The notes below the pieces were generated by a model. That model had not been told where the DNA came from. It saw nothing but the letters and a program-made list of their open reading frames with translations, and did not search any database. Below are positions 1 through 7,386 of a stretch of 32,000 bases of DNA, one piece after another; the stretch's first letter is position 1; every line of letters starts with the position of its first letter. Location of the stretch: assembly GCA_964543385.1 (NCBI GenBank), contig CAZIYE010000002.1:90001-122000 (forward strand). The letters are read 5' to 3'. This stretch comes from an uncultured Candidatus Saccharibacteria bacterium. Lineage in GTDB: Bacteria; Patescibacteriota; UBA1384; XYA2-FULL-43-10; 1-14-0-10-43-13. The position numbers and the translations under genes are program-made.

Positions 1-8
1 GAGTAAAA

Positions 9-791
9 GTGAAATACAAGGATTTTGCAGTCGAGTTGGCGAAAGAAGCCGGAAAAATAATCAAATCAAATTTTACAATTGGTATGGAAAAGGGCTGGAA
101 AGGTATCGATGGCCCTGTAACAAAAACGGATAAAGGGGTAAATAGTCTTGTGATAGAATCAGTCAAGAAGTATTTTCCTGATCACAATATCAGAGGAGAA
201 GAGGAGAGCTATCATGAACAGAAATCTGAATTTCTCTGGGTTTGCGATCCAATTGATGGAACAATTCCTTTTTCGCATGGGTTGCCAGTTTTTATGTTCT
301 CATTGGCATTAGTTAAAAATGGTGAGCCAATAATGGGTGTTTTATATGACCCAATTTTAGACAAACTTTTCTACGCCGAGAAAGGCCATGGTGCTACATT
401 AGATGGCAAGGCTATCAAAGTATCAGATCGAGAAACACTAAAGGACAGTGCCGTTGATATAGAAAGTTGGTCAACTGCCAGATATTACGCTCCTGCTCTT
501 GAGAGGGAAGTATATTCTACCGATGCTCTTCTTGTCCACTATGCTTGCATTACTTACCCTTGCGCTTTAGTGGCAGCAGGAGAGTTCGTGGGCGCAATAT
601 TTGCCGGCTATACCGAGTGGGACATTGCAGCGGTCAAGGTGATTGTAGAGGAGGCTGGCGGCAAGGTAACAGATCTATTTGGTCAGGAGCAACGTTACGA
701 CCAAGATATTAAAGGGGCTGTTATATCAAATGGCAAAACACACGATATATTACTTAAAATAGTAAAAGAGGCAATAGCAAAAAATGAATGA
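9..791 (+). CDS. Inositol monophosphatase family protein (IMPase/SuhB-like)
   Basis: 260-aa ORF with IMPase signatures WVCDPIDGT and WDIAAVKVIVEEAGG, plus the acidic EEE patch; GTG start. Confidence 0.85.
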   Translation: MKYKDFAVELAKEAGKIIKSNFTIGMEKGWKGIDGPVTKTDKGVNSLVIESVKKYFPDHNIRGEEESYHEQKSEFLWVCDPIDGTIPFSHGLPVFMFSLALVKNGEPIMGVLYDPILDKLFYAEKGHGATLDGKAIKVSDRETLKDSAVDIESWSTARYYAPALEREVYSTDALLVHYACITYPCALVAAGEFVGAIFAGYTEWDIAAVKVIVEEAGGKVTDLFGQEQRYDQDIKGAVISNGKTHDILLKIVKEAIAKNE

Positions 792-1416
792 TTTTAAAAA
801 TATATTAAATCTTTTGCACTTAGCTGAGAAGCTAAAATACGAACTTCGTCATAGTTGGCTTTCTGACGGACGGCAGGAGAGTGTTGCTGAACATAGCTGG
901 CGAATGGCGCTAATGGTTATTCTATTTAAGTCATATCTAAATGAGGGGTTCAATGTAGAAAAAGCCCTGAAAATTGCCATTGTTCATGACCTAGTTGAGG
1001 CTGAAGTTAAAGATACTCCAGCATTTGATACTAGTAAAGAAGATGAAAAAAAAGAGCTTGAAGAAAAGGCGGCCAAGAATTTTATAAAGGTAGCAGGTGA
1101 TGATATCGGACAGGAACTTTATAATCTTTGGCGGGAGTACGAGGACACCGAAACTTACGAGGCGAGAGTAGTAAAAGCGCTAGGTAAATTAGAAGTTCGC
1201 CTGCAGCATAATGAAGCAGATCTAAAAACCTGGGAGGACGTTGAATTTCCAAGAGCACTTTTCGCCGCCGATAAATTTTGTGATTTTGATGAAGTTTTGC
1301 GTGGTTTTAATGATTTAGTAAAAGACGAATCAAGGTCCAAAATAGTTACTGCTGCAATTAATATCAAAAAAATAGAAGAAGAGGCAGAAGAGCTAAGGCC
1401 AAAGCAAGTTAGATAA
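784..1416 (+). CDS. HD-domain phosphohydrolase, YfbR-like 5'-nucleotidase family
   Basis: 210-aa ORF; ESVAEHSWRMALMV and VHDLVEAE (H...HD...D metal ligands); 8-nt overlap with the upstream gene (ATGAATGA). Confidence 0.7.
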   Translation: MNDFKNILNLLHLAEKLKYELRHSWLSDGRQESVAEHSWRMALMVILFKSYLNEGFNVEKALKIAIVHDLVEAEVKDTPAFDTSKEDEKKELEEKAAKNFIKVAGDDIGQELYNLWREYEDTETYEARVVKALGKLEVRLQHNEADLKTWEDVEFPRALFAADKFCDFDEVLRGFNDLVKDESRSKIVTAAINIKKIEEEAEELRPKQVR

Positions 1417-1423
1417 GGAAAAA

Positions 1424-1966
1424 ATGAAAATTACATTCATTACTGGAAATAAATCAAAAGTAGAGCAACTTAGACGGTTTCTAAAAGTATCAGTTGACCA
1501 TGTCAAGCTAGATCTCGAAGAGATACAATCCCTCAACCTAGAAGAGATAGTAGAAAAGAAAGCAAAGCAAGCGTATGAGATTATCAAAAGCCCAGTTTTA
1601 GTGGAGGATGTCTCGCTCGTTTATACTGCCCTCAACGGCCTTCCTGGGCCATTAATTCGTTGGTTTCTCGAGCAATTGGGTAATGCTGGTCTCTGTCGTC
1701 TTATAAATCATTATAATAAAGATAGGTCAGCTACTGCTAAAGTCGCCTACAGTTATTTTGACGGCAATAATTTACAAATATTCACAGGTGAGATCACAGG
1801 CAAAATCGCGGCTCACCCGAGAGGAGAGAATGATTTTGGCTGGAGTCCAGTTTTTATTCCTGATGGTAGCGATAAAACATTGGCCGAAATGACGCACGAT
1901 GAATATGAAAATTTCTCTATGAGAAAGATTGCTCTACAAAAATTGACAAAATATCTATCAGAATAA
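1424..1966 (+). CDS. rdgB: Non-canonical purine NTP pyrophosphatase (RdgB/HAM1/ITPase family)
   Basis: 180-aa ORF; N-terminal KITFITGNKSK motif and C-terminal RGENDFGWSPVFIPDG...TLAEM block typical of the family. Confidence 0.8.
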   Translation: MKITFITGNKSKVEQLRRFLKVSVDHVKLDLEEIQSLNLEEIVEKKAKQAYEIIKSPVLVEDVSLVYTALNGLPGPLIRWFLEQLGNAGLCRLINHYNKDRSATAKVAYSYFDGNNLQIFTGEITGKIAAHPRGENDFGWSPVFIPDGSDKTLAEMTHDEYENFSMRKIALQKLTKYLSE

Positions 1967-2000
1967 AAAAACAAACGGCGCATATGCCGTTTGTTTTTTT
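1965..2000. terminator. Bidirectional intrinsic terminator between convergent genes
   Basis: ACAAACGGC (1971-1979) pairs with GCCGTTTGT (1986-1994). It is flanked by an A-run on one side and a T-run on the other. Confidence 0.8.
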
Positions 2001-2021
2001 ATGATGCAAGATAAATATTGC

Positions 2022-2786
2022 TTATGGTCTCAAGGTTCCTGCAAAAACTTGCCAGGCTAATAGCGATTTTGCCACTAGGCTTAAGATAATATAGGCGCGC
2101 TCACCATATAGATAATCACTCCATTTGCCGAGCTTCTTATACTGCAATACTTGGTTTATGGCAAAGCTATTGAAGAATAAAAATATAGAGAAGTAAATCC
2201 AATAGACAAAATTTGGTGCCTTATCTGCACTACCTGGATTCCACAAATATATACCAATCGCAATCCATGGACCGATACCAGCGATACAGCCGAATATAAA
2301 TGATGTCCAATTTGCCTTTGTCGTTGATTGATTATGAAGCTCCATCATCCAACCAAATAGAATCATGGTCGCATTTAAAATAATAATTGCAATTAACGCT
2401 GAGATATCATAAATGCCTACAAGCATTGCAATAACTAGAATCATTATTGACGAGCTAAAGGAATATTCAATCCATCGGGCATAATTAGCTCCTTTGGCCA
2501 AATTTTTATTGTACCAATTATTTATTCCTGGTAATGAAATTAACAAATGAGCTAAAGAAGAAAGAAATAGAAAAGATGCCACGACTGGTCCAATTTGTAG
2601 CTCAAATAAATTTCTAGTGCTTGGCAGTAACTGTTGTGAGATTACATCGTATTTCAGAAAAGAACCAGTGACGGGTAATTTAAATCCACTTGATACTAGC
2701 AACATGGCAATGCCCTGTCCGAAGTGCAAAATGGCCATTATGATATTAAACCGCCTGAGCTTATAAAATTTTTCTTCTCGATCCAT
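2022..2786 (-). CDS. Heliorhodopsin (7-TM retinal protein)
   Basis: 254-aa ORF with heliorhodopsin motif blocks in order: ILHFGQG, LSSLAHLL, RWIEYSFSSS (Glu107), FGWMME, FGCIAGIGPW, FNSFAINQVLQYKK, GERAYIILSLVAKSLLAWQ (Lys240). AGGAGG RBS upstream of the ATG. Confidence 0.85.
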   Translation of the reverse strand: MDREEKFYKLRRFNIIMAILHFGQGIAMLLVSSGFKLPVTGSFLKYDVISQQLLPSTRNLFELQIGPVVASFLFLSSLAHLLISLPGINNWYNKNLAKGANYARWIEYSFSSSIMILVIAMLVGIYDISALIAIIILNATMILFGWMMELHNQSTTKANWTSFIFGCIAGIGPWIAIGIYLWNPGSADKAPNFVYWIYFSIFLFFNSFAINQVLQYKKLGKWSDYLYGERAYIILSLVAKSLLAWQVFAGTLRP

Positions 2787-2813
2787 TGTTCCTCCTAATT
2801 GTTAGATGTATCT

Positions 2814-2841
2814 ATTATATACTAATTTCAATTGTTGCCAA
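2814..2841 (-). promoter_or_regulatory. Sigma70-type promoter for the heliorhodopsin gene
   Basis: Minus strand reads TTGGCA, 16 nt, TATAAT, about 28 nt upstream of the ATG. Confidence 0.5.
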
Positions 2842-2847
2842 TTATTA

Positions 2848-2876
2848 TTGACGTAACATCTATTTTATGTTAAAAA
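2848..2876 (+). promoter_or_regulatory. Sigma70-type promoter for the 2909 gene
   Basis: TTGACG, 17 nt, TAAAAA. The ORF-track start at 2867 lies inside the spacer, which argues for the ATG at 2909. Confidence 0.45.
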
Positions 2877-2908
2877 ATAGATTGCGTTTCGACGCAAAGG
2901 GGGACTCC

Positions 2909-3277
2909 ATGAATTCAGATAAAAAAGATCAAAGTGTCGAAAAGACACCTCTCGAGATTATATTTGATAGTCTCTGTGAGAAGATTTCTGGCGAAGGGTT
3001 AGCTCGTTTAGAGCCTAAAACCAAAAAAGCCAGACATGAGATCGACCTTTTATTTTCGCTATTTGCTCTATATAGAGCACGATTTAGTGGAATAACGGTT
3101 GATAATCGGGATGTAATCGTCAATATTATAGAAGACCATATTGACGAGAATTTCAGACCGATATCTGCTGAAGATATCGGCCATGGTGGTAAGAAATATT
3201 CATTTGAACGAGTCGGCAATAGCCGCTCGCTACATGTATGTTTCATTGGGAACGAAATCAACCTCGTCCTCACATAA
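2909..3277 (+). CDS. Hypothetical protein (122 aa from the ATG at 2909)
   Basis: ORF 2867-3277 trimmed to the ATG at 2909, which is preceded by an AAGGGGGA RBS. No family recognised. Confidence 0.5.
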   Translation: MNSDKKDQSVEKTPLEIIFDSLCEKISGEGLARLEPKTKKARHEIDLLFSLFALYRARFSGITVDNRDVIVNIIEDHIDENFRPISAEDIGHGGKKYSFERVGNSRSLHVCFIGNEINLVLT

Positions 3278-3294
3278 TCCACCTAATTTTGTTG

Positions 3295-3331
3295 GCTGGC
3301 CAGGGTATCAAACCCGGCCGGCTTTTTGTTT
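3295..3331 (+). terminator. Intrinsic terminator
   Basis: GCTGGCC(A)GGG (3295-3305) pairs with CCCGGCCGGC (3313-3322), 7-nt loop, followed by TTTTTGTTTT. Confidence 0.75.
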
Positions 3332-3352
3332 TCATATAAAAGATATCAACGC

Positions 3353-3829
3353 TTAGGTCCGATTATCTATTAGTTCAGCTAGCTCTTTTTTTACTAGTGC
3401 AATATGCTCTTTAGTTTCGCGTTTTAGATCCTCCATGACTCGGCGTACGCTTGCAGCATCTGATGATATAAATTCGAAATAGTTTTTTTCGAAAAACGAT
3501 TCTTCAAATTGCAGGGATTTTTGTAGTGCCTCAGCCAATGTCATATATTCTTCAGAAACAATTTCCTCTTCAATTTCCTCGTTTATTAATCGAAGTGATT
3601 CTTCTGGTAGAAGATTAAGTCTAATAGAAAAAACGTCATTACTTTTCATTAGAGCTTCAAGCCACTGAGCATGACGGTTTTCCTCGCTTGAGATTTTTAG
3701 CCAAAAATCATGATTTTGAAACATCTGAGAGTATCGGCGATATAATCTCATAAAACTGTGTTCGTTGCGAATCATTAACTCCATTATTCTTTTGCTTTCA
3801 GTAGAATTTTTTGGAGATTTATTTTTCAT
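3353..3829 (-). CDS. Ferritin-like (rubrerythrin-fold) four-helix protein, function unknown
   Basis: 158-aa ORF; an ExxH-type motif (EENRHAQWLE) and helical heptad character suggest a ferritin-like diiron fold. No second metal motif was verified. Confidence 0.45.
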   Translation of the reverse strand: MKNKSPKNSTESKRIMELMIRNEHSFMRLYRRYSQMFQNHDFWLKISSEENRHAQWLEALMKSNDVFSIRLNLLPEESLRLINEEIEEEIVSEEYMTLAEALQKSLQFEESFFEKNYFEFISSDAASVRRVMEDLKRETKEHIALVKKELAELIDNRT

Positions 3830-3899
3830 TTAGTATCCAATTACTTTTTAATTGCTAACAGAATTATAACATATTCATAATTTTTTGATTTATCGTTTT

Positions 3900-3923
3900 A
3901 AAAAAGCCAAACTAGAAAGTTTG
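3900..3923 (-). terminator. Possible weak terminator after tRNA-Gln
   Basis: Minus strand reads CAAACT-TTCT-AGTTTG followed by GCTTTTTT. The stem is only 6 bp and AT-rich. Confidence 0.35.
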
Positions 3924-3933
3924 ACATTTTTTA

Positions 3934-4007
3934 TGGCTCGGGGACATGGATTCGAACCATGATTCACGGCTTCAAAGGCCGCTGTCCTGCCATTAGACGA
4001 TCCCCGA
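3934..4007 (-). tRNA. tRNA-Gln (anticodon UUG)
   Basis: Hand-folded 74-nt cloverleaf: acceptor TCGGGGA/TCCCCGA, D arm GTCT-AATGGCA-GGAC, anticodon stem GCGGC/GCCGT with loop CT-TTG-AA, T arm CATGG-TTCGAAT-CCATG, discriminator G, encoded CCA. The U1:A72 pair is typical of bacterial tRNA-Gln. Confidence 0.9.
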
Positions 4008-4062
4008 ATATATTTCGATTTATTCTAACCTAAATAAGCGATTATTTCAATAAGAAGGGAGT

Positions 4063-4094
4063 AAAAAGCCAAAACCGCTGCAATCCTGCAGCGG
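4063..4094 (-). terminator. Intrinsic terminator of the 4143-4523 gene
   Basis: Minus strand reads CCGCTGCA-GGAT-TGCAGCGG followed by TTTTGGCTTTTT. Confidence 0.75.
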
Positions 4095-4142
4095 CTCGAA
4101 AATCCATTTTCGGTTTTGGCAAGGCCAAGGTGGTCTTACTGG

Positions 4143-4523
4143 TTACGGGGCGTGAATCGCCCTCATTTCCTCTTCGGTGAGGGGGATCCCTTCGCAGGAA
4201 CCGGTGTAATAGTAGCACCAGTACCAACAGAGGGGGACTACTTTCGGCCCCAGCACTTGTAGTATCGGGACTTGAGCGGTTGGGGCCGGCATGGTTTCGA
4301 CGGTCTCCAGAACCGGAGGAGTGTAGAATGTTTGGAACGAGGATTCCTCGATTCTATAATTCTCACTCTCCATTTGTGCGAAAAACACGCCGAAGGTTCC
4401 TTCGCAGGTCATTGTCTGCGATGTAGCAGTTTCGACGGCTTCTGCCGTCTCTGCTGCCGTGCAGGCAATAGCTGCAAGAACAAACATCGCTGCCATAAAG
4501 GCGAGCTGAATCAACTTCCGCAT
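4143..4523 (-). CDS. Small secreted or lipid-anchored Cys/aromatic-rich protein, no recognised family
   Basis: 126-aa ORF. AAAGGAGGA RBS lies 6 nt before the ATG. Signal peptide MRKLIQLAFMAAMFVLAAIAC. It has its own consensus promoter and terminator, and is visibly G+C-rich relative to its flanks. Confidence 0.6.
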   Translation of the reverse strand: MRKLIQLAFMAAMFVLAAIACTAAETAEAVETATSQTMTCEGTFGVFFAQMESENYRIEESSFQTFYTPPVLETVETMPAPTAQVPILQVLGPKVVPLCWYWCYYYTGSCEGIPLTEEEMRAIHAP

Positions 4524-4577
4524 AGGGGTTCCTCCTTTGTGAGACGGAAGTGCAGCAGTGTAGCTGCGTTGATCAGT

Positions 4578-4606
4578 ATTATATAAGCATTGTTGGCATA
4601 TGTCAA
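4578..4606 (-). promoter_or_regulatory. Exact-consensus sigma70 promoter
   Basis: Minus strand reads TTGACA (4606-4601), 17 nt, TATAAT (4583-4578). Confidence 0.7.
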
Positions 4607-4624
4607 GTTAAAAATTGGTTTTAT

Positions 4625-4656
4625 ATTTAAAACACCCCGACAAAAGTCGAGGTGTT
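4625..4656 (-). terminator. Probable terminator of the RNase P RNA transcript
   Basis: Minus strand reads AACACCTCGAC-TTTT-GTCGGGGTGTT (one mismatch) followed by TTAAAT. Confidence 0.55.
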
Positions 4657-4696
4657 ACCCCACTGGTTGCCCAGTGAAAGGGCCATATTGTGGGGA

Positions 4697-5028
4697 TAGA
4701 CTAAAAGTAGATTATAAGCCGGGTTCTGTCAAGGATGACAATCTATCTAAGCATGGAGACCTTGCATATCCTTCGAGCAGAAGTTGATATGATCGGTCCA
4801 CTCCACTTGCACCAAACGAGGCTTGCCACGGACGCATGTTGCCATACGAACGCGTGAGCTCTTACCTCACGATTTCAACCTTACCGGTTGTAAACAACTT
4901 AGGCGGTATATTTTCTGTTGCGCTATTCTCGAACCTCACGGCCCGCTCATTTTCACGAGCGTTTTGCTCTATGGTGCCCGGACTTTCCTCCCCGCGTATG
5001 TGGGGCTGTCATCACATCCACTTTTAGC
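4697..5028 (-). ncRNA. rnpB: RNase P RNA, bacterial type A
   Basis: Minus strand contains GAGGAAAGTCCGGGC, ACAGAAAATATACCGCC, GGTAAGGTTGAAATCGTGAGGTAAGAGCTCACG and ACAGAACCCGGCTTAT. P1 pairs CTAAAAGTGGAT (5' end) with ATCTACTTTTAG (3' end). Ends are approximate, within a few nt. Confidence 0.9.
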
Positions 5029-5034
5029 ATAATA

Positions 5035-5063
5035 ATTATAAATAAAAATGCTATTTTTGTCAA
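5035..5063 (-). promoter_or_regulatory. Exact-consensus sigma70 promoter for rnpB
   Basis: Minus strand reads TTGACA (5063-5058), 17 nt, TATAAT (5040-5035). The predicted start falls 7 nt downstream, at the 5' end of the P1 helix. Confidence 0.7.
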
Positions 5064-5068
5064 CAGAT

Positions 5069-5097
5069 TTGAGCTAGATGCATGATTTGGATATAAT
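5069..5097 (+). promoter_or_regulatory. Sigma70-type promoter for the K+ channel gene
   Basis: TTGAGC, 17 nt, TATAAT. The ORF-track start at 5078 lies inside the promoter. Confidence 0.5.
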
Positions 5098-5119
5098 GAT
5101 AGAAATAAATGGAGAAAAA

Positions 5120-5497
5120 ATGAAAAAAAGTACAGCGGACATATTAGCGGCTTTATCAGTATTATTAATTATTATTGCCTTCGGTGTATGGTATTTCAGA
5201 TTTGAGGAAGGTTGGAGTGCTATCGACTCTTTCTACTTTACTGTTATGACTATGACGTCGGTAGGGTATGGCGATTTTGTACCCACGCACAATGCATCAA
5301 AAATTGTTACTGCTTTTTATGCTATGGTTAGTATTCCTCTAGTTATTTTCTCTCTGGGGGTAATCGCCAAAAGCTACTTTGAAAAAAGAATTGGCAATAT
5401 CGAACAGAGAATGTCTGAGATATTAACGAGGGAAAAGCTATTAGAAGAAGATGTTGAAGAAGCAATCGATGATGGCAAGAAGAGCGAAAAAAAATAA
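5120..5497 (+). CDS. Minimal 2-TM potassium channel (KcsA-like pore domain)
   Basis: Selectivity filter TMTSVGYGD between two hydrophobic helices. Start moved to the ATG at 5120, which follows a GGAG RBS. No RCK or ligand domain. Confidence 0.8.
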   Translation: MKKSTADILAALSVLLIIIAFGVWYFRFEEGWSAIDSFYFTVMTMTSVGYGDFVPTHNASKIVTAFYAMVSIPLVIFSLGVIAKSYFEKRIGNIEQRMSEILTREKLLEEDVEEAIDDGKKSEKK

Positions 5498-5553
5498 ATA
5501 TCATATAATTTAATATTAACTTCGTCTAAATAATATTTAATAAAAAGGATTTT

Positions 5554-6111
5554 ATGGAAACGCCAAAAAACATTGTGCGAGCCATCGCTGGAGAAAGTAT
5601 GGCGAGAAATAAATATACCTTCTTTGCCTCACAGGCCAAAAAAGAGGGCTATGAACAAATATCAGCAATTTTTCTAGAAACGGCTGATAACGAGAAGGAA
5701 CATGCTAAAAGGTTGATGAAATTATTAGATGGCCCAACAGAATCATCTTTGGACAGCTTCGATTTTCCTGTAGTTAAAGGTACTGTAGAAAATCTGGCCG
5801 CCGCTGCTGCAGGTGAGAAATATGAAAATACCGTAATGTATCCTGAGTTTGCCAAAGTTGCGAAAGAAGAAGGATACGACGAAGCCGCAAAGATATTTAC
5901 TGAAATCGGCGAAGTCGAAGAACATCATGAGGGTCGTTATTTGAAGCTAAAAGAAAATATAGAAAAGGGGATCGTATTCAAAAGAGACACAGAGGTTTCA
6001 TGGCGTTGTCGAAATTGTGGCTATGTCCATAAAGGAACGGACGCTCCGCATATTTGTCCGGCCTGCGCTCACCCACAAGCTCATTACGAGCTTCTCTCTG
6101 AAAATTACTAA
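5554..6111 (+). CDS. rbr: Rubrerythrin
   Basis: 185-aa ORF. N-terminal ferritin-like diiron domain (ESMARNKY, EKEHAKRL, GEKYE, EEHHEGRY) plus C-terminal rubredoxin-like CRNCG...CPAC. Confidence 0.9.
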   Translation: METPKNIVRAIAGESMARNKYTFFASQAKKEGYEQISAIFLETADNEKEHAKRLMKLLDGPTESSLDSFDFPVVKGTVENLAAAAAGEKYENTVMYPEFAKVAKEEGYDEAAKIFTEIGEVEEHHEGRYLKLKENIEKGIVFKRDTEVSWRCRNCGYVHKGTDAPHICPACAHPQAHYELLSENY

Positions 6112-6120
6112 ACAATTAAT

Positions 6121-6145
6121 AAAGACCTGCCGATGGCAGGTCTTT
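6121..6145. terminator. Bidirectional intrinsic terminator between convergent genes
   Basis: AAAGACCTGCC-GAT-GGCAGGTCTTT perfect hairpin with AT-rich flanks. Confidence 0.8.
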
Positions 6146-6171
6146 ATTAATATATGGCTAGATCAAATTTT

Positions 6172-7020
6172 CTAGTAACTTGCATCAAAATTAATGTCTT
6201 TTTCCAGATCAACATTCCCATTATTCTTTTTTTCTTTTTCTGCCAACTGACGGTAATCCATTATCCGTCTCTCTTTCTCTTCTCTAGGTAGTTTAGTATT
6301 GGCCAAGGCAGGCCCGCCGATACATCCTCCTGGACAATTCAAGATATCAAAAAAACGATACTGAGTTGTGCCTGATTTTATTTCATCAAAATGCTTGAAT
6401 AGATTTTTTGGTTCATCTGTTATGCATATCTCCGAATCTTTAAAAAAATTCTTCAATAATGCGGTTTGGGCTAAGCCTCCAGAAATTGGATATATTTTTG
6501 TGTCTTCCTCATAGAAAGAGTCAAATTGGTAATCTTTACCAGATTCCAATATTTTTTTTTCTTCAAGAACTTGTGCCAATTCCTTGAATGTTATAACAAG
6601 ATTTATTATGTCTTTGTAGAGTGGTGCTTCTAGTGCTTGTTTTGCCAAACAGGGTGAAACGAACACAATATTGTGGCTAGAATAATATTTTCTAAGTATC
6701 TTTGCCATTGCTGCCATTGGAGAAACATGAGGAACAAGATATTGGACTAGTTCTGGGTATCTGGACTTAACCAATGATACGCAGGTAGGGCAGGGAGATG
6801 TTATATAATATTTTTGATCCGGATGGCTTTTTACATATTCCACATAAGAATAATTTACCATTCTGGCGCCAAAGGTCAGTTCGCATACCTTGTCAAATCC
6901 CAGCTTTTTAAGAGCTCCAATTATTTGAGGATACTCAAAATCAATCGGGAAACTTGGGGCAAGCATACAGATGGAGGGTTTCTTTAGCAGTTCCAATAGT
7001 TCTAATTGTCTGGGATTCAT
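6172..7020 (-). CDS. [FeFe]-hydrogenase catalytic-domain-like protein (Fe_hyd_lg_C-like), stand-alone
   Basis: 282-aa ORF with H-cluster-like motifs TSPCPTC, SPCLAKQALE and ILNCPGGCIGGP. No N-terminal ferredoxin-like domain. Confidence 0.6.
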   Translation of the reverse strand: MNPRQLELLELLKKPSICMLAPSFPIDFEYPQIIGALKKLGFDKVCELTFGARMVNYSYVEYVKSHPDQKYYITSPCPTCVSLVKSRYPELVQYLVPHVSPMAAMAKILRKYYSSHNIVFVSPCLAKQALEAPLYKDIINLVITFKELAQVLEEKKILESGKDYQFDSFYEEDTKIYPISGGLAQTALLKNFFKDSEICITDEPKNLFKHFDEIKSGTTQYRFFDILNCPGGCIGGPALANTKLPREEKERRIMDYRQLAEKEKKNNGNVDLEKDINFDASY

Positions 7021-7121
7021 TTTTGTTTTGTAATTTAATTATTATAATTAAATTTTACACAAATCATGTCAATAACAAAAGCCCCTTTTGGGGCTTTTGT
7101 TAGATAATCTATATAGTATCC

Positions 7122-7358
7122 TTACTTCTCTGACTTTTTTCCTTCGTCTATCAGCTCTTTTACTCTCTGTCCACCCTTATGGCCGATTTCCTGATAGAAG
7201 TTTGGACCATATTTATCGCTTGTGGCCTGTCCACCTTTTTGTCCACCCTTATGGCCGATTTCCTGATAGAATTCTCTGCCATGAGTTTGACTGGTTTTGC
7301 TCCCGCCCTTGCGTCCTGCCTCTTGGACTGTCATGCCACTATTTTTTTTCATTGCCAT
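7122..7358 (-). CDS. KGG-repeat general stress protein (YciG/GsiB-like)
   Basis: 78-aa ORF with repeated FYQEIGHKGGQ / GRKGG units; AAGGA RBS. Confidence 0.8.
   Translation of the reverse strand: MAMKKNSGMTVQEAGRKGGSKTSQTHGREFYQEIGHKGGQKGGQATSDKYGPNFYQEIGHKGGQRVKELIDEGKKSEK
7235..7325. repeat. 91-nt segment identical to 7431-7521
   Basis: Base-by-base identity by eye, covering the same coding segment in KGG genes 1 and 2. Confidence 0.9.
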
Positions 7359-7386
7359 CTAAACATCCTTTCAAATTTTTATCCGT

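Noticed and set aside
2929-3356. ORFs 2929-3282 (minus) and 3141-3356 (plus).
   Set aside because: They overlap the 2909-3277 gene and its terminator, and have no RBS or recognisable motifs.
4283-4304. The plus-strand string GGGGCCGGCATGGTTTCGACGG resembles the conserved 5' end of tmRNA (GGGG...GG.TTCGACGG).
   Set aside because: No tRNA-like 3' end (T-arm GGTTCGAATCC plus ACCA) and no plausible tag reading frame follow within several hundred nt on that strand. The opposite strand has a complete promoter, RBS, signal-peptide ORF and terminator unit. A tmRNA covariance search would settle it.
4042-4586. ORFs 4042-4227 (minus) and 4272-4586 (plus) overlapping the G+C-rich gene.
   Set aside because: They are shadow frames of the 4143-4523 gene or its terminator, with no start signals and Arg/Cys/Pro-rich junk composition.
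4590-5032. ORF-track entries 4590-4787, 4823-5032 and 4836-5027 (plus strand).
   Set aside because: They lie antisense to, or within, the RNase P RNA and its terminator. The G+C-rich structured RNA keeps frames open by chance, and none has an RBS.
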